Shown here piece after piece: positions 55,874-64,000 of a DNA stretch of 64,000 nt. The stretch is from a virus (Duplodnaviria; Caudoviricetes): the IMG/VR virus record IMGVR_UViG_3300025018_000093. One strand, written 5' to 3'. Position 1 is the stretch's first letter. Every line of letters starts with the position of its first letter. The notes beneath the pieces were generated by a model that saw only the letters and a program-made list of their open reading frames with translations, was not told where the DNA came from and ran no database searches. The translations under genes were made by a program, and so were the position numbers.

Positions 55874-57991
55874 ATGACAACGAAGCCAGAGAAGGCTCCC
55901 AGCCTGGGAGTAGGACTTGACATTGGAACAATGAACATCGTTTCCGCACGACGTACCCCACAGGGTGTGCGGACGCAGAGCATCCGAGATGCGTTCCTCG
56001 ACCTCGACCCGGATGCTCGTCGCATGTTGAAGATGAGCCAGGTCAAGTTCATTGAGCGAGATGATGATGTTCTGGTGTTGGGGGATGATGCCCTCCAGAT
56101 GGCAGCGATGTTCGACAAGGAAGCGCGCCGCCCCTTGTCAGCAGGGCTCATCTCATCATCCGAGGTGGACTCTCTGGAGATTCTGGGGATCTTGATTCGC
56201 AGTGTGCTGGGAGAACCGCAAGAGAAGGAAGAGGTGTGCTACTTCTCCGTGCCGGCTGCCCCCGTCGACATCCAGCGGGATGTCATCTATCACCGCAAAG
56301 CTTTCGAGCGCATTGTAGAGGAGTGTGGCTATCAGGCATACCCCTCCAACGAAGCAATGGCGATTGTCTACGCGGAAGCTGCCAAGGATGGCTTCAGCGG
56401 GGTTGGAATTTCTTACGGTTGTCTGACACCAGACTCCACAGTGATTTCCAGAGAGGGCTTGAAGCCCATTGCGGGGGTACAAGAGGGAGAAGAGGTGCTC
56501 TCTAAGGATGGGGCTTTTCACCGAGTTCTTAAAACATGGGTGCGAGATTACCAGGGACCCGTGTATGACATTTCTTTCTACGGAAATCCGCAGGGAGTGT
56601 CTTTGACAGGGAATCACCAGGTCTGGGTGCAAACGGAAAAGGGATGGTCTTGGATGACTGCAGACCGCTTGCAGCGGGGGGACATCATAGGAGAGCCTGT
56701 GGTCGCTGGTCACGGTCGTCGGGTATGCTTAGCTATTCAAGACAAAGATCGTAACTCTAAGGCAAAGAAGAAAGTTCTGGAATGGTCCTCTTCGCTGGGG
56801 AGGTTCCTGGGGTACTTCTTAGCGGATGGGCATCTCTCTAGGAGTGATGTGAATCGAAAAGGTCGTTACAGTATCTGGGTTGACTTTGGTCCCTCAGAGC
56901 AAGCGTATGTGGAGGACTTGAAGGGATTGGTAGAACGTTTGTTCCAGCGTTCTGTTTCTGTTTCTCCGCATGGCAATGATTTTCGTTGTCAGTTTAGTCA
57001 CAGTGGTCTACATACGTGGCTGTCTGCGAATTGCTATCGTGAGGGTGCGAAGTTCTTTCCGCTTCACATTGAGGACTTGAAGCCTAACGTGGTCGAGGGC
57101 CTTATCGTAGGTCTTGTTCGAGGAGATGGACGGGCTTCTAATTCCGAAGTGCATTTTGGCAATTCCAGTCTTTCCTTGGTGACTGCGTTTCATCTTTTGA
57201 TTGGTAGGTTGGGTCTTACAAGTACTCTTTCCAGGAGAAATCCAAGGGGAGCTGCGCTTGCGGACGGGCGTGTCATTCAAGGAAAAAAGGAAGAATGGAC
57301 TGCGCATGTTACAGGGTGGGATGGCTCCTATCTTCAACAACTTGTGAATGCTGGAAGTCCAGAAAGAAGAGTTCGTGTCTGGAAAGAGGGTGGGTTTCGT
57401 TGTACCTGCGTCCGTGATGTCTCCGTGAGAGATTATGCGGGGCCGGTGCATGATCTCACTGTGGAAGATGAGCATTCTTTTGTGACTCCTTACATGACGC
57501 TTCACAATTCGGGGATGACGAATGTGGCGCTGTCTGTCAAAGCGATGCCTGTCTTGGAGTTCAGCGTCAGTCGCGGGGGTGATTGGATCGATAAAGGTGC
57601 CTCCCAGAGTGTAGGGACGACGCAGTCTCGCATGTGCACGATCAAGGAGAAGGGTGTGGACTTGATGGACCACACGAAGGGAGATCCCAAGCAACTGCGA
57701 GAGCGGGAGGCTCTTTCCTTCTACTATCAGGACTTGATTGACTACTCTTTGCGGAAGATCGCAGAGCAGTTTCTGTCCAACTGTCGGGTGGAGTTGCAAG
57801 AGCCCATCCCGATCATTGTCAGTGGTGGGACAAGCCTAGCCGGTGGATTCCTGGAGCTTTTCCAGAAGGTGTTCAAGAAGCATCAGCGTCGGTTCCCTAT
57901 TGAGATCAGTGAGATTCGACAGGCAAAAGACCCGCTTAGTGCGGTCTCGCACGGGCTTCTCGTACAGGCCATGCAGGAGTATGAGGGTTGA
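55874..57991 (+). CDS. Actin-fold ATPase (FtsA/MreB/volactin-like) containing an intein
   Basis: GLDIGTMN, FSVPA, SNEAMA, GISYG|SGMTN, VSGGTS, PLSAVSHG: the complete actin/Hsp70 motif set. Confidence 0.85.
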   Translation: MTTKPEKAPSLGVGLDIGTMNIVSARRTPQGVRTQSIRDAFLDLDPDARRMLKMSQVKFIERDDDVLVLGDDALQMAAMFDKEARRPLSAGLISSSEVDSLEILGILIRSVLGEPQEKEEVCYFSVPAAPVDIQRDVIYHRKAFERIVEECGYQAYPSNEAMAIVYAEAAKDGFSGVGISYGCLTPDSTVISREGLKPIAGVQEGEEVLSKDGAFHRVLKTWVRDYQGPVYDISFYGNPQGVSLTGNHQVWVQTEKGWSWMTADRLQRGDIIGEPVVAGHGRRVCLAIQDKDRNSKAKKKVLEWSSSLGRFLGYFLADGHLSRSDVNRKGRYSIWVDFGPSEQAYVEDLKGLVERLFQRSVSVSPHGNDFRCQFSHSGLHTWLSANCYREGAKFFPLHIEDLKPNVVEGLIVGLVRGDGRASNSEVHFGNSSLSLVTAFHLLIGRLGLTSTLSRRNPRGAALADGRVIQGKKEEWTAHVTGWDGSYLQQLVNAGSPERRVRVWKEGGFRCTCVRDVSVRDYAGPVHDLTVEDEHSFVTPYMTLHNSGMTNVALSVKAMPVLEFSVSRGGDWIDKGASQSVGTTQSRMCTIKEKGVDLMDHTKGDPKQLREREALSFYYQDLIDYSLRKIAEQFLSNCRVELQEPIPIIVSGGTSLAGGFLELFQKVFKKHQRRFPIEISEIRQAKDPLSAVSHGLLVQAMQEYEG
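56420..57508 (+). mobile_element. Intein with LAGLIDADG homing endonuclease (363 aa)
   Basis: Starts CLTPDSTV; LTGNHQV (block B); GYFLADG and GLVRGDG; ends VHDLTVEDEHSF...LHN|S. Confidence 0.92.
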
Positions 57992-58236
57992 AGTCGCACC
58001 GTGTTCCCAAACGCAACCCGAAGTTTGCCTCTTGGCTTCCAGGGAGGGGTGGGCGCGGAAGCGCTAGCCTGCTTTGTGTCGAGGTCGAGGTTGAGGCGAA
58101 GCATCCCAAAGATCCTTGCTTCTTCGAGGTTGCGGTGGGAAGTCATGCTTCTGCTATGGACCCCACGGTGCTGGTTGCCAAACCGTTTGTCGTTGTCGAC
58201 CAGCGCAGGTTTGGCGGAACGGTAGAATAGACGGGT

Positions 58237-58254
58237 TATAGCTGCTTCCAGTAG
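58237..58254 (+). promoter_or_regulatory. Candidate late promoter TATAG-N9-GTAG
   Basis: TATAGCTGCTTCCAGTAG upstream of the tail-completion gene. Confidence 0.45.
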
Positions 58255-58279
58255 GAGCTTTGACTGCTGGAGGCCGCGT

Positions 58280-59497
58280 GTGTATTTCTTCCTGACCAGT
58301 GCCCTAACGGACTTGTTCATTGAGCGTATCCGGGAGTTCTGGGGGCATCACCCCAGATACCGTGATCTTGTGGACAACATCCAGGGGAAGTACGTCTTTC
58401 CGCAGCGCCCCCAGCGTGGGATGGTGATCAAGACCTCCGGGGGAAGCAATGTTCGTCTGACTTGGGACAACTTTCAGGGGACGCTGCACAGTTACGTTTA
58501 CAAGGCCAGAGTCGGAGACTATCCCGGAGTTTCCTTGGAGTGGGTCCGAGAGGATACTAGGGCTATCCAGGACAACAATGGGACCTTTCCCTCAGCACCT
58601 GGAGTGTACCTTCTGACCATTGTGGACTCTGTGCTGGACGTCGACGGAGTTCCTAAGGGGCAGCACACGTTCCAGGTGGACTCTGTGCTGGACGTCCGGG
58701 ACGAGGCCGTGTCGATGGTGAACCCCTCCACGGGTTTGCTACATCGCCCTTACTTACCCGGGACACTCCATTTGTTTGAACTCCCTTCCAACTACGAGTT
58801 GGTGGAGGGCGTCAATTTCGAGGGAGATCCGGAGACGGGGCAGATCACACTTTATGATCCCCTCCCCACGGGTTTGTACCTGTCTGCGGACTATCGCTAT
58901 GCTGGGGAGACGCAGGGACCCTTCAGCATTGAATCGGATCGGGCGCATTATCAGGCGATCCCTGGTGTCATTCTGGCTTTCGGTCGTCGCATCACCCCTG
59001 GAGATCGTCTTGCCATCGTGGTCACCGACATACGGGAACCTGTCGCCAAGGAGTACGGGGGGCGCTGGGATCTTTCGGTGGAGCTGGAGCTGTGGACCCG
59101 AGATGTGGATGACCAGCGAGAGATCACAGACTTGATGCTGGCCTGGCTACCTTCTGTTCTTCGAGATCAGTTGGCGATACAGGGCGTGTGGATCAACAGT
59201 GTGGACTTCGGGGGAGAGACCGAGGAGCCCTATGATGACAACGCGGATGACTACTTCTACGGGGCTACCATCTCGATGCAGGTACAGACGGACTGGCAAA
59301 TGCACGTTCCGCTTCCCATCCGGATTAGGAGAGTCTTCCCTCTGCGCGTAGATCAGCTGGGTGAACTGGCGGGTCTTTCGGATGAGGAAGTGGCTAAGGT
59401 GGAAAACAATTTGAAGGCCACAACAGCGCTTCACTTGCAAAGTTTCGAGGATCCCTTCTTTGTGGATCTGGCTAAGCGGTACGAAGTTCTCCGGTGA
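58280..59497 (+). CDS. Tail terminator/completion protein (putative)
   Basis: 405 aa; SVELELWTRDVDDQREITD...SMQVQTDW pattern; upstream of the sheath gene. Confidence 0.55.
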   Translation: MYFFLTSALTDLFIERIREFWGHHPRYRDLVDNIQGKYVFPQRPQRGMVIKTSGGSNVRLTWDNFQGTLHSYVYKARVGDYPGVSLEWVREDTRAIQDNNGTFPSAPGVYLLTIVDSVLDVDGVPKGQHTFQVDSVLDVRDEAVSMVNPSTGLLHRPYLPGTLHLFELPSNYELVEGVNFEGDPETGQITLYDPLPTGLYLSADYRYAGETQGPFSIESDRAHYQAIPGVILAFGRRITPGDRLAIVVTDIREPVAKEYGGRWDLSVELELWTRDVDDQREITDLMLAWLPSVLRDQLAIQGVWINSVDFGGETEEPYDDNADDYFYGATISMQVQTDWQMHVPLPIRIRRVFPLRVDQLGELAGLSDEEVAKVENNLKATTALHLQSFEDPFFVDLAKRYEVLR

Positions 59498-59503
59498 GCC
59501 TTC

Positions 59504-59520
59504 TATAAGCATCCTTGTAG
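59504..59520 (+). promoter_or_regulatory. Candidate late promoter TATAA-N8-GTAG
   Basis: Intergenic, directly before an AGGAGG RBS. Confidence 0.45.
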
Positions 59521-59536
59521 ATAGGAGGGCAGACCG

Positions 59537-60019
59537 ATTCCCATCTTCGACTACCAGTGTGATGATTGTGGACTTCGTTTTGAGAGACCCGGACGCATGG
59601 ATCGGGCGATGAAAGGACACGAATGCCCTTCCTGCGGGAAGGAAGCTGCACGTGTTCCGCCCAGCTCGCTGGGTTACACGTTCAACCCCAATTCAACCGC
59701 CGATGGTCCGGTTCCCCAGAACACAGGTGTTTCGGCCTACGACTACAACGTGGACCGTATTGTGGGGGCCGATGCGGCAGAGCGCTGGGGCACTGTGGAG
59801 CAGCGGGACTCGGTCAAGAGAGAAGTTCTTCGCGATGCCCCAGGGGCAACAAAGAAGGATCTCTCTGCCCTACCCGATGGTAGCTACCGGGTGATGGCGA
59901 CTGAGGAGAAGAAGACGACGCGCAACACTCGCGCCTTCCACAACCTTGCAGCCGGATTGACACAAAGCAAAGATCGATATCGTGTGCTCCGGCAGACCAG
60001 TGAGAAGGGGAGCCAGTAG
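59537..60019 (+). CDS. FmdB-family zinc-ribbon protein, apparent ATT start
   Basis: AGGAGG + 8 nt + ATT CCC ATC TTC GAC TAC CAG TGT = (M)PIFDYQCDDCG...CPSCG; in-frame TAG at 59522. Confidence 0.7.
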   Translation: MPIFDYQCDDCGLRFERPGRMDRAMKGHECPSCGKEAARVPPSSLGYTFNPNSTADGPVPQNTGVSAYDYNVDRIVGADAAERWGTVEQRDSVKREVLRDAPGATKKDLSALPDGSYRVMATEEKKTTRNTRAFHNLAAGLTQSKDRYRVLRQTSEKGSQ

Positions 60020-60186
60020 GCTCCACAACGGCTCTCGGTGCCGTTCAAATGAGATGCAGATGAAACACCCCGAGCTTTCGAGAAACTGCCAATAGGCAGA
60101 ACTAGATGAGTGGAGATGAGACGTTAGGCATTCCCCTCGGGGATGAGGTTACAAACACTTAGGCATCGAGAGACGGAGAGACAACA

Positions 60187-63100
60187 ATGGCCAATTTTCC
60201 TGGGCAAATCTACGCACCCCCGGGCGTCTACACGAAGACCCTGTTCGACAACCCCCTTGCAGGTGCTCTCAGCAATGTGAAGATCCCTGTCGTCATTGGA
60301 ACGGGCAACGAGATCCTGTTCCAGGAGGACTTGGAGGTTGTTCGCGGTTCCTCCTCTACGGTGGACCAACAGGTTCCCCAAGAGGACATGGACGGTCGTG
60401 CCGTCGTTCAGATTACCTCCACGGGTCAGATTGTCCTCGGCAATTTCGACGGTGTCCTGAACCGCGTGCAGGTGCGTAACTTCCCCATCGTTCGTGGGGA
60501 TGGTACGGGGACCACGACGAACGAGCGCAATGCTGTGTCCGTGACGATCAACGGTGAGCCCACCGTTGTGCTGACGCTGGACGGGGCGCGGGGTATCGTG
60601 ACACTGGCGCAGGAGCCGCAGGACGGCGACATCGTGCGGATCACGTACTATTTCAACCGCACAGACACCCTGGTCACCGACAACCTGTCAGACCAGATTA
60701 CCTCCGAAGCTGGTGTGCTCCGAGGTGAAATCAGTCTGGACGTTGCGGGTGGCGAAACCTATGACATTGTGACTGGGGTCAACAATGTGTTGTCCCTCAC
60801 GGTGGACCGGGAGAGTGCGACTAACATTACGCTCCCAGCGGGTAGCTTCACCCCAGCGCAGGTGGTGTCGTTCATCAATGGGCAGCCCACAGGCACCCTG
60901 GTGGCGTCCAGCTACGTGGACAACAACGGAAGAACAGCCATCGCTCTGACGGCGCAGTATGACATCCTGATGGGGGATGGAACCGCGAATGCCCTTCTGG
61001 GGTTCACCACTGGTGCTTCCACCTCTCGCAATCGCGTGTTCTACACCTTCCAGGGTCCCATCGTGACTGGCAATAACGGTGGTGTCACCACAACTTCCGT
61101 GACGGATCTCACGGTGAGCGTGGACAACACCCCGGTCGTCCCGACAGCTGTGGATGGTGGGAATCGTGCGGTCACGCTCCCCTTTGCCCCGAAAGCAGGT
61201 AGCGTAGTCAAGATCACGTACTACTTTAACACCTGGCAGAACACGTTTGACTATCTGGCCAACATCGCAGTGACAGACGTCTTGCGCATGGGTATCACGC
61301 CAGGTCGCAACGACTACATCGAGGGTGTGGACTTTGTGCTCAAGGATGACCTCATCGTATGGGGTACCGCATCGATCATCAGCTCCGGGGAAACGACCTC
61401 GGGGTACACAGCTTTTGGTAGCAATCAGGTGTCGACCACACTGGTGGACAACAAAGCATACCTGGAAGTCTGTGAACCAGTGGTCAACACCAGCGTGGTT
61501 CCCGCAGTAGATAGCCGCAAGACGTTCCGTCTTCCTTTCGTGCCTACGACAGGAAATGGACGCAACACACTCCTGGGGCAGAGTCTCTACAGCTCTATCA
61601 GCAACAATCGCATTGATCTTCCCACCAACCGTCCTGACTTGGTGACAGCGTACTGGGGATTCAGCCTACAGGATGCTCTGGACCGAGGTCCGGTCACGGT
61701 GGTCAAGGTGGATTCCGCGACGGCAGAGATCACGCTCAAGAGCCCGGTGGAGCCCGGCGCTTCGGTGTGGGCTTCCTTCTACTACAACATCTTGGCAGAC
61801 AACGTGTACACGTTGACAACTGTTGTCCCTGGGAGCGCGGGCATCGGCACGTACAGTGTCACGGACAAGGATGGGAACAACCTGTTCAACACGAACTTTG
61901 GTACGAAGTCTGCGGGTCTCCTTGGGATCACAGTCGCCTTCCCGAGTGGGTCCGAGACGTTGCCGGATTCCCATTTCGAGGGGGACGTCCAGGGAAGCAC
62001 TGTCTTCCAGGGTCCTGTGGAAGAGGTGGCCACGGTTACTTTTGCGACCACGCAGGACACCCCCGCCAAGCATGTGATCACGGGCTCCAGCCCCTACTAC
62101 CCCATCTTGGGTGCTTCGGATCAAGCTCGTATCGTGATCGACGGGTACGACCTGGCAACAGGCGCAGCGGGTTTGGATGTGAGCTACCCCACGGGCCTGG
62201 GCGTTGGTTTCTTCGCCAGTCTCATTGGAGATGAGGTGGTCTATGATGCCTCCACGGGTGGTTTGACCTACACGCTGGATGCTACCAACAACGAGGTGAG
62301 TCTCTCCGTTGATGGGATACTGGTGTCTGCAGCTGCGTCAACGGGTTCTGCGAAGACGCTGGCGGACTTCGTCACGGCGCTCAATGCGGCTGCTTTGACG
62401 GAGGCTCCCTCGTACACAGGCATCACCAAGTTCACTTCCCCCTTCGCTGTGACGGCTACCGAGTACGACCAGTTGGTCCTCCACTACACGGGAAAGACCA
62501 CGACTGGTTCCGGCAACCAGACCATCACACTGACTCCGGGGTCTTACAACAGCGTCACGGCGCTGGTAGCGGACATCAACACGCAGCTCGCCAGTATCAA
62601 CGGAGTTGCGGGCCTGAACGGCACCGTGACTTGCGTAGCCAATGCGGCGGGACAGTTGGTCTTCTCCTTGGAGCTGTTCCCCTACACCACGGCAACAGGG
62701 TCCGTCCTGGTTGGGTCGGTCATCCCCACAGACACGCTCACCATTGGTGGCGTTCTTCTCACGGCAGTCTCTGGTGCTATCGCTGCCAATCAGTTTGACG
62801 TCTCCTCGGGCGTTCCCGCGACCATCGCGGCGAACATTGCGGATGCTATTAACTTGGTTGGGAATGGGCTGACTGGGATCGTGGAGGCGGAAGCTGTTGG
62901 GACCACGGTGAACCTCACAGCCGTTGCAGCCGGTGCTGCTGGAAATGCGGTCACAGTGGTTGCAAGTGGTGGGACGATGACGCCTTCGGGTGGCACCCTC
63001 ACGGGTGGTGTCACTGGGGACGACGCGGGATTCCTGGAGTTCATCACAGGAGCTGCTGGACGGGACTTCGCCGTCTTGGCCGGTATCGACACAGCAGCTG

Positions 63101-64000
63101 CCACTGCAGGCACCCAGACCAAGCTCTACCAGGGTCCGATTGCTCGCCGCTACACGGTGGGTTCCGGTGCGCTGAACCATGATCGTCTCATCTTCCGCAA
63201 TCGTTTGCTGCCGGGTTCCGGTTCTCTGTCTCCGCAGCATGCGGTGGCGCAATCCGGTTTGACCATTCAGGGGAGTTCCGGGACCCTGGAGACAGGTCTA
63301 GCTATCGGCCAGACAGGAGAGGCAGGGTTCACCGCAACGGTGCGCCCTGCAAGCCTTGCTGGGCATATTGGCTTCGTCGGGGGTCAGGCTACGGGCTACG
63401 GCGATGATCGCGACAGCATGCCAGCGGTGGTCTTCTATGATGGCACTGGGACAACCGCTCAGAACAACGTGTTCAAGTTCACGTTGGATGGCGTCCCTGT
63501 GACGGTGGTCTTTGCGGCCAGCGCTTCGGGTACAGCAACTCCTCTGGGCACGGGGGCCTTCACGGGTGACCTTCTGAAGCAGATCGGTGACGCGATGGCA
63601 ACGGCTGGGTTTGGTTCGACAGCTGCAGCCGTCATCTCAGCCGGGTTGCTTCGTCTGGAAGGTGCTGGACTTCGCCTCACGAGCAATCGGATGGACCAGT
63701 TCAGCTCTTTGGAGATTGGCTCCGGTAGCGCCAACAGCGTCTTGGGGTTCCTAGACGGCCAGAGTGACCAGCGCGATGCGGTCTCCGTGCAGAAGCTGTC
63801 CGCAGCTCTGATGAGCCAGCACTGCTCTGCGGGTGCTTTCGTCACCACCTACATGTTGAACTTCGCTACCCCGGCCTCCAACTACTTCGCAGCGGAAGCC
63901 CTTGCCCTGGTGGCAACGGATACTTTGGGTGGTGAGTATCTCATGATCCAGAGCCAGATGGTGGGCGTGGGTTCCAGTGTCATCTGGAGTACCTCCTTCT
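60187..64000 (+). CDS. Contractile tail sheath protein, very large (3' partial, >1270 aa)
   Basis: MANFPGQIYAPPGVYT...IPVVIGTG sheath-type N-terminus; frame runs off the end of the window. Confidence 0.8.
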   Translation, partial: MANFPGQIYAPPGVYTKTLFDNPLAGALSNVKIPVVIGTGNEILFQEDLEVVRGSSSTVDQQVPQEDMDGRAVVQITSTGQIVLGNFDGVLNRVQVRNFPIVRGDGTGTTTNERNAVSVTINGEPTVVLTLDGARGIVTLAQEPQDGDIVRITYYFNRTDTLVTDNLSDQITSEAGVLRGEISLDVAGGETYDIVTGVNNVLSLTVDRESATNITLPAGSFTPAQVVSFINGQPTGTLVASSYVDNNGRTAIALTAQYDILMGDGTANALLGFTTGASTSRNRVFYTFQGPIVTGNNGGVTTTSVTDLTVSVDNTPVVPTAVDGGNRAVTLPFAPKAGSVVKITYYFNTWQNTFDYLANIAVTDVLRMGITPGRNDYIEGVDFVLKDDLIVWGTASIISSGETTSGYTAFGSNQVSTTLVDNKAYLEVCEPVVNTSVVPAVDSRKTFRLPFVPTTGNGRNTLLGQSLYSSISNNRIDLPTNRPDLVTAYWGFSLQDALDRGPVTVVKVDSATAEITLKSPVEPGASVWASFYYNILADNVYTLTTVVPGSAGIGTYSVTDKDGNNLFNTNFGTKSAGLLGITVAFPSGSETLPDSHFEGDVQGSTVFQGPVEEVATVTFATTQDTPAKHVITGSSPYYPILGASDQARIVIDGYDLATGAAGLDVSYPTGLGVGFFASLIGDEVVYDASTGGLTYTLDATNNEVSLSVDGILVSAAASTGSAKTLADFVTALNAAALTEAPSYTGITKFTSPFAVTATEYDQLVLHYTGKTTTGSGNQTITLTPGSYNSVTALVADINTQLASINGVAGLNGTVTCVANAAGQLVFSLELFPYTTATGSVLVGSVIPTDTLTIGGVLLTAVSGAIAANQFDVSSGVPATIAANIADAINLVGNGLTGIVEAEAVGTTVNLTAVAAGAAGNAVTVVASGGTMTPSGGTLTGGVTGDDAGFLEFITGAAGRDFAVLAGIDTAAATAGTQTKLYQGPIARRYTVGSGALNHDRLIFRNRLLPGSGSLSPQHAVAQSGLTIQGSSGTLETGLAIGQTGEAGFTATVRPASLAGHIGFVGGQATGYGDDRDSMPAVVFYDGTGTTAQNNVFKFTLDGVPVTVVFAASASGTATPLGTGAFTGDLLKQIGDAMATAGFGSTAAAVISAGLLRLEGAGLRLTSNRMDQFSSLEIGSGSANSVLGFLDGQSDQRDAVSVQKLSAALMSQHCSAGAFVTTYMLNFATPASNYFAAEALALVATDTLGGEYLMIQSQMVGVGSSVIWSTSF

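Noticed and set aside
57988-58230. 80-aa ORF between the actin homolog and the tail-completion gene
   Set aside because: TTG start, no motif, and competing ORFs on both strands; cannot support a call.

Overview
A 64-kb segment of a large tailed dsDNA phage (myovirus-type), almost all on the + strand. It carries the virion morphogenesis module: terminase C-terminal end, portal, prohead protease, acidic scaffold, decoration protein, major capsid protein, several fibre/spike genes, neck and tail-completion genes, and the start of a very large tail sheath. Accessory islands lie between these genes. Main points: (1) a neck/head-tail adaptor gene fractured by an atypically split intein (31-aa N-half, 132-aa C-half) with a free-standing PD-(D/E)XK endonuclease gene between the halves; (2) a viral actin-fold ATPase (FtsA/MreB/volactin-like) with a LAGLIDADG intein, sitting inside the neck-tail module; (3) otherwise unrelated proteins sharing a ~20-aa 'RLAYxxPELRxxLLPL' tag, a candidate capsid-packaging signal, alongside candidate injected cargo such as a 2H-phosphoesterase/topoisomerase IB fusion and an ADP-ribosyltransferase-like domain; (4) a LAGLIDADG-methyltransferase-zinc-finger fusion; (5) an 836-bp mosaic insertion made of two copies of nearby phage DNA plus a foreign GC-rich piece, either real capture or an assembly chimera. 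Several single-base oddities (missing stop, frameshift, in-frame TGA, ATT start) mean read-level validation is needed. No CRISPR array, tRNA or rRNA was seen. All family names come from motif recognition by eye, not from database searches.
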